Source: an uncultured Dehalococcoidales bacterium (lineage in GTDB: Bacteria > Chloroflexota > Dehalococcoidia > GIF9 > UBA5629). Taken from it: a stretch of 41,478 nt of DNA. Shown here piece by piece: positions 27,228 through 37,894 of this stretch (positions are counted from its first letter, which is position 1; every line of letters starts with the position of its first letter). A program made the translations under genes and the position numbers. Under the pieces are notes generated by a model that searched no databases, was not told the DNA's origin, and worked only from the letters and a program-made list of their open reading frames with translations. The stretch covers positions 2,989-44,466 of the forward strand of contig CAZTRR010000001.1 of NCBI GenBank assembly GCA_964616785.1, read 5' to 3'.

Positions 27228-29099
27228 ATGACTGTAGTTGATGATATAAAACAGAGACTGGACATAGTGCAAGTTGTCTCCGAATACGTTGGCCTCCAGA
27301 AATCGGGGCGAAATTTCAGGGCACTATGTCCGTTTCATGCCGAAAAGGCTCCGTCGTTTTTTGTGTTCCCCGAGCGGCAAAGCTGGCATTGCTTTGGAGC
27401 TTGCAGCACTGGAGGCGACATTTTCTCCTTTGTCATGAAGAAAGAAGGAATTGATTTTGGGCAGGCGCTTCACCGTCTGGCCGAAAAGGCGGGCGTCACC
27501 CTGGGTGCCTCATCCGGTGGGCAGAAAGAGGCTGACAAGACGGAAAGAGACAGATTGTTCAGAATCAATGAAGCCGCTGCTGAATACTACCATCAGCTGC
27601 TCTTGAGTAGTTCAGCGGGCGAGATGGCCAGGGAGTATGTGGCTCGACGAGGCTTATCGCCCCAAACCATTGCGGACTTCCAACTGGGTTGTAGCCCAGA
27701 AGCGTGGGAGACTCTGCGGCAGTATTTGATAGATAAAGGGTATCAAGAGACAGAGTTGCTGGCTGCTGGCTTGCTGGTGGAGCGGGAGGGTGGTGGCAGC
27801 TACGACCGATTCCGCAATCGGCTGATGTTTCCTATTAGGGACATCCAAACCAATGTGCTCGGCTTTGGTGCCAGGTCGCTGGATGAGTCGCTGCCCAAGT
27901 ATATCAATTCCGCTCAGACACTGGCCTTCGACAAGAGCAGTAGCCTTTATGGCATTGACCGGGCTAAGACAGCTATTCGGCAGGCCAATTTGGCAGTAAT
28001 TGCTGAAGGCTATATGGATGTTCTTACGGCTCATCAGCATGGTTATGAGAACGTAGTTGCCTCCATGGGGACGTCTGTGACCGACAAGCAATTGGCTCTT
28101 GCGAAGAAGCTGACCCCAAGTCTGATACTAGCTCTTGATGCTGATACGGCAGGTGAAGAAGCCGTATCGAGGAGTGGCGGAGCGGTTGATGAGGTATTCC
28201 CAGTGCTAGCCTCAACTAAGGGATACGGATGGGTAAAATATGATGTTGCGGACAACCTCGAAGTAAAGGTTTTCGTCTTGCCGCAAGGTAAGGACCCGGA
28301 CGAGGTAATCAGGGAAAATGCCTCTCAGTGGCAAGAGCTGATAGCAGATGCCAAACCTATGATTGATTTCATTCTCGATGCGGCAGTTGCCAAAACTGAT
28401 TTGGCGAGCGCCCGTGACAAGTCTTCGCTTGTGGAGAAGCTCCTGCCGCTGCTTTCCCAGATGAAGGATCCGATACGGCAAGCCCACTATGTTCAAAAGC
28501 TTGCTCAGTTACTAAGAATTGATGAACGTGCTGTGGGAGACGCATTGAGGAGATTCCGTGCCATCGAGAGAAGAAGAGCGAGCAAGAGACTGCAGCCTGT
28601 CACCCCTATGGCCCCTGCCTTTTTCTCATCCAGCCCACTTGAAGAATATTGCCTGGCCTTATTGCTTCAGTTTCCAGAACTTAGGGCAGAAGGCATGAGG
28701 CTATCCCCAGAGTATTTCGACCGCAGCGAGAATCGAGAACTTTTCCTAATGTGGCAACAAAGCGACGAGCTTGACGCTCTCAGGGACGGCTTCGACCACG
28801 CGCTTCACGGATATTTCGACAACTTGCTGGCAAAGGCCTTCCCCCCATCGTTGAAAGAGAGCGAGGCAACACGCCAGCGAGCACTGAATGACTGTATGAT
28901 TCGTTTGCAGGAGAATTGGCTAAGGAAGCTAGAGGCCAGGAAAGGAGATCTTCTGGCTATCGAAGCAGAGACAGGCGGTGTCGCCGCGGAATTGGCCAAG
29001 CTGGATGAGCAGGGCATAGAGGTTAGCAGGCAGCTGAGAGAGGTATTTGTCAAGCAAAGGCATCGCCGTCAACCTGCAGTGAAGAGGATTGGGCAGTGA
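27228..29099 (+). CDS. dnaG: DNA primase
   Basis: CPFH..CFGAC zinc finger, [32 protein letters not shown]. Confidence 0.96.
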   Translation: MTVVDDIKQRLDIVQVVSEYVGLQKSGRNFRALCPFHAEKAPSFFVFPERQSWHCFGACSTGGDIFSFVMKKEGIDFGQALHRLAEKAGVTLGASSGGQKEADKTERDRLFRINEAAAEYYHQLLLSSSAGEMAREYVARRGLSPQTIADFQLGCSPEAWETLRQYLIDKGYQETELLAAGLLVEREGGGSYDRFRNRLMFPIRDIQTNVLGFGARSLDESLPKYINSAQTLAFDKSSSLYGIDRAKTAIRQANLAVIAEGYMDVLTAHQHGYENVVASMGTSVTDKQLALAKKLTPSLILALDADTAGEEAVSRSGGAVDEVFPVLASTKGYGWVKYDVADNLEVKVFVLPQGKDPDEVIRENASQWQELIADAKPMIDFILDAAVAKTDLASARDKSSLVEKLLPLLSQMKDPIRQAHYVQKLAQLLRIDERAVGDALRRFRAIERRRASKRLQPVTPMAPAFFSSSPLEEYCLALLLQFPELRAEGMRLSPEYFDRSENRELFLMWQQSDELDALRDGFDHALHGYFDNLLAKAFPPSLKESEATRQRALNDCMIRLQENWLRKLEARKGDLLAIEAETGGVAAELAKLDEQGIEVSRQLREVFVKQRHRRQPAVKRIGQ

Positions 29100-30742
29100 A
29101 TTCAACTCGAGATGATGAGCTTCTGTCTTTCTTCCCGGACGTGAAAGACGACGCTGAGCTAGACTCCAATGATATCCTCGGCATTAAGTCCGAGGTCGAG
29201 TCACTTGGACTTCGTGGCAGTGCTTGGGATAGGTTCGACGAAGGAGACTCAGAAGAAGATGCCGCCGGGGCACATCCTTCCTGGGAGGATGAGAGGAGTG
29301 AAGAGGTTGCTGAGCTCCAGCAGGAGTGGGCAAATAAGCGGCTGGCAGGAGCTAGGTCTACCCTCGGACCCGAAGTGGACCCCGGCGAGCACGAAATAAT
29401 TGATGATCCAGTTCGTATGTATCTCCATGAGATTGGCAAGGTTTCGCTTCTGACCGCAAATGATGAGAAGGTATTGGCCAGCAAGATAGAAGAAGCGAAA
29501 TACCTGGAGAGAGTCGGGGAGATTTACCTTCAGCACTATGAGGAGCCTCCTTCAGCGGTTCAGGTGACTATCTATTTGATTCGGCACTTACTCGCAGCTC
29601 GGCCGCTAGTCGACATTCTTGCCGAGAGACTTGAGCTTGCTCCCACATATAGCGTTACCAAGAGACTCAGCAGCCCCAAATTCCGTGCCGCTATCGACAG
29701 GGTGCTCGATCGAGAAATGGTAACGGCCATTGCTGACATCGGTGCAGAGAAAATTCCAGAATCCGAGTTGCCGGCCGCTCTTGATGAGTCAGCAGCCTCT
29801 GAGACCGAGGGAATCACAGAAGTGGAGCGAAGCTTGATAGACATTTCGATAGATAGTCGCCTCTTGCCTGCAGAAGCGCTGGAGATCATAGGAGATGAAA
29901 CCTCCTGGAGTCAGCTGGAGTCTCTGGTGGCTGAGCCCGTGAATCCGGAATTCCTCTCTGCCCTTCATTCTATAAGTCACCAGCTCAGAGCGCATTTCAG
30001 CAAAGTAAAAAGAGCAGCAAGGAGATCGGAAAAACATCTTACAGAGGCAAATCTGCGCCTAGTGGTTAGCGTTGCCAAGAAATATGTCGGCCATGGGATG
30101 CCTCTCCTTGACTTAATTCAGGAGGGGAATATCGGTCTGGTTCGCGCTGTGGAGAAATTCGAATACCGGAAGGGTTACAAGTTCAGCACCTATGCCACTT
30201 GGTGGATCAGACAGGCTATTACACGGGCCATAGCTGATCAGGCCCGTACTATTCGTATCCCAGTACACATGGTGGAGACCATCAACAGGCTACTGAAGGT
30301 TAATCGGCGACTAGCTCAAGAGTTTGGGCGTGAACCGAGTTACGAAGAAATCGGTGAAGGCATGGAGATCTCCTCCGACAGAGTGAGGGAAATCATGAAG
30401 TTGTCTCAAATGCCGATATCTCTGGAGATGCCTATTGGCGAGGAGGAAGACAGCCATCTTGGCGATTTCATTGAAGATCGAGCTACCTTACCACCAGCCG
30501 ATGCTGCCTCGCGAGAATTGCTTAAGTTGCAACTGAACAAGGTGCTTTCTGAGCTTACTGACAGAGAAAGAAGAGTTGTACTGCTTAGATTCGGCTTGGA
30601 GGACGGGCGAGCCCGGACTCTAGAGGAAGTAGGGAAGGAGTTTGATGTAACTCGGGAGCGGATCCGCCAGATTGAAGCTAAAGCGCTACGCAAGTTGCGC
30701 CACCCCAGCCGAAGCCGGAAACTCAAAGATTACCTGGAGTAG
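29096..30742 (+). CDS. rpoD: Primary sigma factor RpoD
   Basis: [54 protein letters not shown]; start overlaps the dnaG stop. Confidence 0.96.
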   Translation: MNSTRDDELLSFFPDVKDDAELDSNDILGIKSEVESLGLRGSAWDRFDEGDSEEDAAGAHPSWEDERSEEVAELQQEWANKRLAGARSTLGPEVDPGEHEIIDDPVRMYLHEIGKVSLLTANDEKVLASKIEEAKYLERVGEIYLQHYEEPPSAVQVTIYLIRHLLAARPLVDILAERLELAPTYSVTKRLSSPKFRAAIDRVLDREMVTAIADIGAEKIPESELPAALDESAASETEGITEVERSLIDISIDSRLLPAEALEIIGDETSWSQLESLVAEPVNPEFLSALHSISHQLRAHFSKVKRAARRSEKHLTEANLRLVVSVAKKYVGHGMPLLDLIQEGNIGLVRAVEKFEYRKGYKFSTYATWWIRQAITRAIADQARTIRIPVHMVETINRLLKVNRRLAQEFGREPSYEEIGEGMEISSDRVREIMKLSQMPISLEMPIGEEEDSHLGDFIEDRATLPPADAASRELLKLQLNKVLSELTDRERRVVLLRFGLEDGRARTLEEVGKEFDVTRERIRQIEAKALRKLRHPSRSRKLKDYLE

Positions 30743-30778
30743 ACTACCACAGCACTGCAGGCACAAGGAGGAGCACAA

Positions 30779-31381
30779 ATGAGGGTGATCAGAGGATTCA
30801 TTATGGTTATTGGCTTGATTGGAATTCTGGTTATTGTCGCCTTGCTCATGGGCTACTATCTTTTTTCCCTCAGCCCTCAGATCAAAACAAAAATGATACC
30901 GGTAGCGGTGACTGCGGAAGCTGCTCAGAGTCTCGACCAAAAGCTGAAGTCTGTTGAAACACAAATTGACGAGGCAGTTGCAGCGGGGGAAGACAGAGAG
31001 GTAACGTTAGTGATTAGTGAGCAAGAAGTCAATTCCAAGCTGATTGAGGTTTTGGCGGAGGGTGAATTACCGCTGAATGAAGTATTGGTCAACTTTCACG
31101 AGGGCTATTTCTTAGCTTATGCTGTAGTGGATGTTCCCGGTGTTGCAGCCAAGACGGGGGCACAAGGGCGAATACATATCGTGAACGGTGACGTGAAAAT
31201 AGTAATAGAGGATTTTGACTTAGGCAAACTGCCCCTACCTGAAGCTGCCAACAACGGAGTCGAAGAGTTGCTGAATGTCATGGTGAGGCTGAGATTGGCT
31301 GACCTGCCTCTGGAGATAACTGACATTGAACTCAGTAACCGCGAGCTGATTGCTGCTGGATTGGTCAAAGTTGTCGACTAG
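30779..31381 (+). CDS. Hypothetical membrane-anchored protein
   Basis: AGGAGG SD; one N-terminal TM helix followed by a soluble domain (TLVISEQEVN). Confidence 0.75.
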   Translation: MRVIRGFIMVIGLIGILVIVALLMGYYLFSLSPQIKTKMIPVAVTAEAAQSLDQKLKSVETQIDEAVAAGEDREVTLVISEQEVNSKLIEVLAEGELPLNEVLVNFHEGYFLAYAVVDVPGVAAKTGAQGRIHIVNGDVKIVIEDFDLGKLPLPEAANNGVEELLNVMVRLRLADLPLEITDIELSNRELIAAGLVKVVD

Positions 31382-31389
31382 AAACGCCA

Positions 31390-32721
31390 TCATTGCCTGA
31401 GCATGCCCATCAAGTTCCTTGGCCAGCGCCCTTTTGCTACCATCCTAGTCAGTTCGTGAATCTGGTAGAATTGGCTCAGCAATTGGTTCACATCTCTGCG
31501 CATGGTTCCGCTGCCCTGCGCAATACGACGTCGCCGACTGCCATTGATTATGGTTGGGTTGCGGCGTTCTTCCAGAGTCATAGATAGGATGATGGCCTCC
31601 GTTTTTCTCACCTGGCTCTCCTCGGCTCCGCCAAGGGAAGTCGCAGCAGACTTTGAAAAGGCGGGAAGCATCTCAGCCAATTGAGCTAGCGTACCCATTT
31701 TCTCAACCTGACGGATTTGCCACAGAAGGTCTTCAAGATCGAATCTCGAGGCACGCATTTTCTTCTCTAGCTCTCCGATACGCCGTTCATCAAAAGCCTT
31801 CTCGGCCTTCTCCACGAGGGTAAGTATGTCACCCATGCCCAGAACGCGCGACGCCAGTCGCTCGGGGTGAAAAAGTTCGAGCGCATCCGTTTTTTCGCCG
31901 GTCCCGATGAATTTGACAGGCACTCCAATCACAAACCTAATTGAAAGAGCCGCACCACCCCGGGCATCCCCATCCATCTTCGTCAGAATAAGTCCAGTCA
32001 GTCCAACATTCCTATTGAACGCTTCAGCTATGTTCACCGCGTCCTGCCCAGTCATCGCATCAACTACCAGTAATGTCTCCGAAGGCCGGATTTCAGCTTT
32101 GAGCTGAGTCAATTCGGCCAGCATTGTTTCATCGATATGGAGACGCCCTTGTGTATCAATGACCACCCAGGTGGCCGCTACCTCTTGAGCCCACCGTAGC
32201 GCTTGGCGACAGATAGTGATCGGCGCTGCCTCGGCATCTTCATGGTAAACAGGGATATCCAACTGCTCGCCCAGTGTCACCAATTGGTCAACGGCAGCCG
32301 GTCGACGAGTATCAGCAGCCACTAGTGCAGGGCGTTGCCCCAAATGCCTAAGATGCAGAGCTAGCTTGGCAGCTGTAGTAGTTTTGCCTGACCCCTGCAA
32401 ACCAACCAGCATAGCTATTGAGGGCGGTCGGTTTGCCCCTATCAGGTGGCTAGATTCTCCGCCCAAGATATTCACCAGTTCCCTATTCACAGTTTTCACG
32501 ATCTGCTGGGCAGGAGTGAGACTCTCCAGCACTCTAGCGCTCAAAGCCTGCTCTCTTACGCTAGCCAGAAAGCTTTTCACCACCCTGAAATTGACGTCAG
32601 CTTCTAGGAAAGCTAAGCGTATCTGACGCAAAGCTTCATCAACATCCTTTTCGCTGAGCTTCCCTTTGTCACCGAGTCTGCGTAGTACGATGCTCAGTTT
32701 CTCACTCAGAACTTCAAACAT
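31390..32721 (-). CDS. ffh: Signal recognition particle protein
   Basis: MFEVLSEKL, LEADVN, GLQGSGKTT, DAMTGQDA, TKMDGDARGG, M domain SMT..ER..SRRRRIAQGSG. Confidence 0.93.
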   Translation of the reverse strand: MFEVLSEKLSIVLRRLGDKGKLSEKDVDEALRQIRLAFLEADVNFRVVKSFLASVREQALSARVLESLTPAQQIVKTVNRELVNILGGESSHLIGANRPPSIAMLVGLQGSGKTTTAAKLALHLRHLGQRPALVAADTRRPAAVDQLVTLGEQLDIPVYHEDAEAAPITICRQALRWAQEVAATWVVIDTQGRLHIDETMLAELTQLKAEIRPSETLLVVDAMTGQDAVNIAEAFNRNVGLTGLILTKMDGDARGGAALSIRFVIGVPVKFIGTGEKTDALELFHPERLASRVLGMGDILTLVEKAEKAFDERRIGELEKKMRASRFDLEDLLWQIRQVEKMGTLAQLAEMLPAFSKSAATSLGGAEESQVRKTEAIILSMTLEERRNPTIINGSRRRRIAQGSGTMRRDVNQLLSQFYQIHELTRMVAKGRWPRNLMGMLRQ

Positions 32722-32737
32722 CAGCCACCGTGTGAGT

Positions 32738-32778
32738 ATTCTACTTGGGACCGTGTTGGCAGTCAATTATGCTAAAAT
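32738..32778. promoter_or_regulatory. Divergent promoters for ffh (-) and the nuclease (+)
   Basis: Minus strand: TTGACT (32761-32766), 17 nt, TAGAAT (32738-32743). Plus strand: extended -10 TGCTAAAAT at 32770-32778. Confidence 0.65.
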
Positions 32779-32828
32779 AGAGAGAGGAGCGCAGAGATAG
32801 TGGAAGCTGTCTCGGCGGCAATTCAGGC

Positions 32829-33593
32829 ATGTTTAGAGCTTCTCCCTTCCGACTGAATATGTTTCAAGAATGCCCTAGGCAATATAAGTTCCATTACATC
32901 GACAATCTCAAGGATGTGTATGGAAAACCACGACCCTATTTCACCATGGGTGATCATGTTCACGCTACGCTGAAGGAGTTCTTGTCTAGTGTCCCAAGTG
33001 GTGGGCGCAGTATCTCGAAACTCGAAGACTTGCTGCGCGAGAAATGGAAGCGCAATCGCAAAGGGTTCAGCAGCATAGACGATGAAAAGAAGTGGGCCGA
33101 GAAAGCTCTCAGCCAACTGCGCTGGTTCGCTCACAGCCAAGACTTATCAGTTATGCCGCTTATGGTTGAAGACTACCATGCGGTAGAACTCGCCAGCAAT
33201 ATCACTTTGGTTGGCAAAATAGACCGAGTCGATCGAGAAAATGACGGAAGCCTTCACATCATCGACTATAAGACTGGCAAAATGCCGACCCAAATAAACG
33301 AAACTCAACTCCACCTCTATGCCCTTATTCTTACCAAAGAACAGAATCTACCGGTTAGTAAGGCATCCTATCTGTTCTTGGACGCGCGCGAGTTTCGAAC
33401 GCTAGAACCCACTGCTGCGGATCTACAGCGCGCCACTTCATATGTCATTGAACTGGTCGATAGAATACTCATGGAGGCAGAGTATCCAGCTACTCCAAAT
33501 GAGTACTGTGGGACGTGTGATTTCATTGAGATCTGCCCGAGGAAGGAAGAGGCTGCCAAGTCATCTGTCGGCGAAGATACATTGGATTTCTAG
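32829..33593 (+). CDS. PD-(D/E)XK RecB/AddB/Cas4-like nuclease with four-Cys Fe-S staple
   Basis: N-terminal ECPRQY, G..VH, GKIDRVD, IIDYKTG, QLHLYA, C-terminal CGTCDFIEICP. Confidence 0.88.
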   Translation: MFRASPFRLNMFQECPRQYKFHYIDNLKDVYGKPRPYFTMGDHVHATLKEFLSSVPSGGRSISKLEDLLREKWKRNRKGFSSIDDEKKWAEKALSQLRWFAHSQDLSVMPLMVEDYHAVELASNITLVGKIDRVDRENDGSLHIIDYKTGKMPTQINETQLHLYALILTKEQNLPVSKASYLFLDAREFRTLEPTAADLQRATSYVIELVDRILMEAEYPATPNEYCGTCDFIEICPRKEEAAKSSVGEDTLDF

Positions 33594-33691
33594 CTCAAGA
33601 TGCACTCTATATGAAAAGATCCGCCAGTGAGCGGGCCTAAGGTCTTCGACTCTCCATGATGGGGCGACTAAGAGGCAATACTGTCTCTTGA

Positions 33692-33851
33692 AAGACCAGG
33701 GGACTAGTGTGTTGTTAGATTTCGGCAAACAACGTCCAAAGAGGCAACCTGTTCAACGAGATTCTACAGGGGTTCAGGAGTCAGGTGGAGTAGCCAGTCT
33801 GCAGGTTCGGCAAGTTCCCGTAGAACACTCGGCGGCTGTTTTCCCTGGCTT
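33692..33851 (+). ncRNA. Candidate structured ncRNA, long irregular hairpin with partial resemblance to 6S RNA
   Basis: Nested pairings: CCAGGGGA/TTCCCTGG, AACCTGT/GCAGGTT, ATTCTAC/GTGGAGT. Carries 5' GTGTTG and 3' CGGCGGC. Confidence 0.4.
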
Positions 33852-33925
33852 CGTATCCTATGCAGCGGGAGGCACACTGCCCTATTTCCAGAATTCCGTC
33901 AAGGCATAACTCTAGCAGACGAAAA

Positions 33926-36499
33926 ATGATACCAGTCAGGCTCTCGTTCAAGAATTTCATGTGTTACAGGGATAACGTGCCACCGCTATCTTTTGATGGC
34001 ATCCATGTAGCTTGTCTCTGTGGTGATAATGGTCATGGCAAATCAGCGATTTTCGATGCTATGACCTGGGCGTTATGGGGTGAATCCAGGGCTAAGAGCG
34101 ATGATGACTTGATTCACCAAGGGCAATCAGAAGTGGAGGCAGAGTTGGACTTTGATGTTGCAGACCAGCGATATCGTGTTCTTCGGAAACATGTCAAAAG
34201 GCCCGGGGGGTCAGGCACCGGGCATACCATGCTGGAGTTTCAGATAGCTGGTGATGAGGGATTCAGGTCGATTTCCGGCAATTCCAAATTGCAGACGCAG
34301 CAGAAGATAGTCGAACTCTTGCGTATAGATTACGAGACGTTCAAAAACAGCGCTTTCTTGCGACAGGGGCATGCCGATGAATTCAGCATTAAGCGGTCTG
34401 GGGAACGTAAAGAGATACTTGCCAACATACTTGACCTGTCTCGTTATGATGAGCTTCAAAGGATGGCCAAGGGCCTAGCAGGCGAAAAAGAAGCCCAAGG
34501 AACTCAACTTCAAAGCTCTGTCGATGACCTTGGACGCCAACTTGCTCACAGGGCTGAATATGAGAACGCGGTTGAAGAGATACAATACGAGATCAGTCGA
34601 CTGGAAGAAAAGAAAAGGGCCGAAGAGGCGACCATTTGTGCTTTGCGTCAGCAGAAGGAATCGTTGGAACTCAAAAAGGAACAGTTGTCGAATGTCGAGG
34701 TTCATGTCAAGGAAACAAATCAGGAGCTGGAACGCTGGCGGGCAAGGAGAGAACAACATCAGGCTAGAGTAGCGGGATATGAACGAGTACTGGCAGAAGG
34801 AACGGCGATAGAGAAAGGGCATTCTGATTTGGTAGAAACGAAAAGCCGTGGTGATGAGCTTAACCAGAGGTTGAGTCAAGTACTCGCTGTAAGAGAACGC
34901 ATAGGTAGTCTAGACAAGGTTGTCCGGCAGACGGCCGAAGTGCTTAACATAGAGCATGAGAGAATCGGAGCCAAAACCTCAGATCTAGAGGCTAAGTGTG
35001 CCAGGACATCTCAGTTGGAAGAAGCGCTGGTTCAAGCGCGTAATCATATGACGAAGCTGGCAGAGCTTGAAGAAACGGTGGCTGAAAAGAGACGGCAAGC
35101 TCAGCAGATTGTGTCTCGAATCAGCCATTTGGAATCCATGAATGCTCGATTTGAGACAGAGATCGCAGATTCGAGACAGAAACTCAGGCTGCTAGACCAG
35201 GGTGACGTCCGTTGCCCTTTGTGTGAGACCGAGCTTGGAGTAGATGGTCAGCAACGGATACAGCAAAAGCTTGCTGGGGAAAGCGAGGAGAAAGTCAAGA
35301 GCCATCGGGCCAATGACGAAGAACTCATCAGCAGAAGACTGGAACTCGGCGCGCTGGAAGACGAATTGGCTGAAAGGCAATCAGTTCTAGACAGAGAGCG
35401 AGCCACCTGGCAGAGCCAGCTAAGCATTACTGAAAAAGAACTTGCCGAGGCCAGGCAGGCCAGTAAGGAGTTGGCCCAGGAAAAAGCCAGATTAACAGAA
35501 GTGGAGCAACGTTTGTCGAGAAAGGACTATGCTGTCAACGAGCAAGAAACGCTCCTGCAGTTAGAGCGCGAAGAGCTGGAACTTGGGTATGACACAGAAA
35601 GGCATGAGCATCTACGGCAGCAATTAGTAGAACTCCAGAAATACGACGCTCTGAAGCAGCAATTCGATGAAGCCAGCAGGGGCATCCATAATGAAAGGGA
35701 CGCCTTGAATGAATCTGAGGGGATTGTCTCTGACCTTAAGAAGACAGTAGAAGCAGACCTAGAGAGGCAAGAGGATCTGAGAGCTGAGACCGTTCTCCTG
35801 CCAGATGTACTGGAGAGATTTGCCACAGCCGAGAAAGCTTACCGAAGTTTGCTGGAGGACGAGCGTCGAGTACGCGACAGTCTAGCTGCACTGCAGGAAA
35901 GGCTGCGGCATTTAGCCGAATTGGAAGCGAGCAGGCGAGAGAAGGAAGAACTCTTACGCCGGCTTCTGAAGGAAGAGATAATCTACGAGGAACTAGCGGA
36001 AGCGTTTGGCAAGAAAGGCATTCAGGCTCTACTCATTGAGCAAGCACTGCCAGAGATCGAGATGGAAGCCAGTCGGTTGCTTGCCAAGATGACTGACAAC
36101 CGAATGTCGCTGACCCTGGAAAGCCAGCGAGGAAAAAAGAGCAAGAAAGGTGACACAATCGAAACCCTGGATATCAAAATCGCCGATGAACTGGGCACCC
36201 GCAATTATGAGATGTATAGTGGCGGTGAAGCTTTTTGCATCGACCTCGCCCTGCGCATCTCCCTCTCCAAGTTGCTGGTTAGACGAGCCGGGGCATCCCT
36301 GCCCATACTGATTATTGACGAAGGCTTTGGCACTCAGGACAATTCGGGAAGAGAAAGACTTGTTGAAGCTATCAGTTCCATACAGGACGATTTCGACAAA
36401 ATAGTTGTCATTACTCATCTGGAGGAACTGAAGGACAGATTTCCCACACTCATCAATGTCACCAAGACAGCCGATGGCTCAATGATATCAATAGGCTGA
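33926..36499 (+). CDS. sbcC: SbcC/Rad50-like SMC-family ATPase
   Basis: Walker A GDNGHGKS, Q-loop LRQG, zinc hook CPLC within a long coiled coil, signature YSGGE, Walker B IIDEGFG, ITH. Confidence 0.92.
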   Translation: MIPVRLSFKNFMCYRDNVPPLSFDGIHVACLCGDNGHGKSAIFDAMTWALWGESRAKSDDDLIHQGQSEVEAELDFDVADQRYRVLRKHVKRPGGSGTGHTMLEFQIAGDEGFRSISGNSKLQTQQKIVELLRIDYETFKNSAFLRQGHADEFSIKRSGERKEILANILDLSRYDELQRMAKGLAGEKEAQGTQLQSSVDDLGRQLAHRAEYENAVEEIQYEISRLEEKKRAEEATICALRQQKESLELKKEQLSNVEVHVKETNQELERWRARREQHQARVAGYERVLAEGTAIEKGHSDLVETKSRGDELNQRLSQVLAVRERIGSLDKVVRQTAEVLNIEHERIGAKTSDLEAKCARTSQLEEALVQARNHMTKLAELEETVAEKRRQAQQIVSRISHLESMNARFETEIADSRQKLRLLDQGDVRCPLCETELGVDGQQRIQQKLAGESEEKVKSHRANDEELISRRLELGALEDELAERQSVLDRERATWQSQLSITEKELAEARQASKELAQEKARLTEVEQRLSRKDYAVNEQETLLQLEREELELGYDTERHEHLRQQLVELQKYDALKQQFDEASRGIHNERDALNESEGIVSDLKKTVEADLERQEDLRAETVLLPDVLERFATAEKAYRSLLEDERRVRDSLAALQERLRHLAELEASRREKEELLRRLLKEEIIYEELAEAFGKKGIQALLIEQALPEIEMEASRLLAKMTDNRMSLTLESQRGKKSKKGDTIETLDIKIADELGTRNYEMYSGGEAFCIDLALRISLSKLLVRRAGASLPILIIDEGFGTQDNSGRERLVEAISSIQDDFDKIVVITHLEELKDRFPTLINVTKTADGSMISIG

Positions 36500-36675
36500 T
36501 AAGCAGCCTCGATTTCTTCGCGAGGGATAGTGTATGCGCGGTTCAGTTCATATATGTAAGACAGCTTCGGGAAGACGGGATGGCGAAATGGTGAGCCGAA
36601 GACAACGGCGGCCCAGGGCTCCACCCGGAGGTGGTGGTTGAATCTGGAAATCTGACATTTCAAGGAGGAATAAAC

Positions 36676-37872
36676 ATGGCAAAAAAAGTGGGCATCGTGG
36701 GTGCTGGAGTGACGCCCTTTAAGGGTAAGTGGTATGAGAAGACCTACTATGAACTGGCACAGATGGCCACCAGGGAAGCAGTGAAGGATGCGGGTATGCC
36801 CATCCAGGACATAGATGCGGTGTTCTATGGCATCTACAACGATATCTTTGAAAGGACCTGCATTCCGGAGCATCCGCTTCAAGGCATCATAGGAATGCAG
36901 AATAAGTTTGGCATACGCGTAAGTTGTGGTGGGGCAACAGGTGCCTATACTATGTCGGCAGCCCATGCCTACTTGGCGGGGGAGAGATTCAAGACCGCCT
37001 TGGTTTTGGGTGTAGAGAAGGCTACTGATTGCTTTGATTTCTCATCCATGTCAGCTACGCCCGAGGTGATTAAAACCATCGGCTGGTCCGGAGACAGCTT
37101 CTTTGAGCAGAAGATAGGGTGGAGCGCTTCGGACAGCTACGCCGAGGTGGTTCTCGGCTATATGGATGAGTATCCTGGCACCTTGAAGCCCGAGGTAACT
37201 GCGCAAATATCGTCTCAACTCAGTAAGCAAGTGAGAAACAATCCTTATGCTCAGCGTCAACTCGATCAGGTAACCCCTGAGGAGGTGATGAACTCCCGAT
37301 ATATAGTTTACCCATTCAAGGAGTTGGAGATATGCGTCTACACTGAAGGTGCCGCCGCTTTGATCCTGGCTGAAGAGGAGACCGCGAAAGCCATCGCCAA
37401 GAATACTGGGAAGCCCATAGTCTGGATGACAGGTTTAGGTGAGGCGAATGAGCACTCCTTTGCCGGTAAGAATCAGAAGAACATGTCCCACATTGTATCT
37501 GATTACTTGGGGTCTCACCGCGCTTATGAGATGGCTGGTATCAAGGACCCCATCAAGGCCATAGACATCGTTGAACTTCATGATGCTTTCGTCCATCAGT
37601 TTGAAATCAGTTTGGCTGAGTTTGGCCTGGTGCCTTATGAAAGCGTTGATTCCCTTATCGAAGACGGTATCATGCTGCCAGGCGGTAGGCTCTTGGTCAA
37701 TCCCTGTGGCGGTCTCATCTACTGTGGACATGCCGTGGGTGCCAGCAATATAATGTCAGCTTGGTCAGCTAGAAACGAGTTGATCAAAAGGAAGCTCAAG
37801 AGGGCGCTTGTACATGGTACCGGAAGCACCGTAGCCCAATACACAGCCTGCTCAATATTGGAGCACGAATAG
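36676..37872 (+). CDS. Thiolase-family protein, SCP2/Ltp-like type
   Basis: VGIVGAGVTPF, LVLGVEK, EGAAALIL, ELHDAF, NPCGGL..GHAVGA; AGGAGG SD before ATG 36676. Confidence 0.88.
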   Translation: MAKKVGIVGAGVTPFKGKWYEKTYYELAQMATREAVKDAGMPIQDIDAVFYGIYNDIFERTCIPEHPLQGIIGMQNKFGIRVSCGGATGAYTMSAAHAYLAGERFKTALVLGVEKATDCFDFSSMSATPEVIKTIGWSGDSFFEQKIGWSASDSYAEVVLGYMDEYPGTLKPEVTAQISSQLSKQVRNNPYAQRQLDQVTPEEVMNSRYIVYPFKELEICVYTEGAAALILAEEETAKAIAKNTGKPIVWMTGLGEANEHSFAGKNQKNMSHIVSDYLGSHRAYEMAGIKDPIKAIDIVELHDAFVHQFEISLAEFGLVPYESVDSLIEDGIMLPGGRLLVNPCGGLIYCGHAVGASNIMSAWSARNELIKRKLKRALVHGTGSTVAQYTACSILEHE

Positions 37873-37894
37873 AAATAACCAAGGAGGTTCCATC

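Noticed and set aside
29096-30030. Long acidic N-terminus and large non-conserved region in RpoD
   Set aside because: Region 1.1 and the non-conserved region vary widely among primary sigma factors; no intein or other insertion motifs were seen.
32829-33593. Cas4 of a CRISPR system
   Set aside because: No repeat-spacer array or other cas gene in the window.
33770-33796. SRP RNA helix 8 (CAGG...AGYAG) near ffh
   Set aside because: The 10 nt between the motifs cannot form the 3-bp stem with a GNRA loop.
36574-36635. tRNA-like GGGATGGCGAAATGGT segment
   Set aside because: No anticodon arm, T arm or acceptor stem follows.
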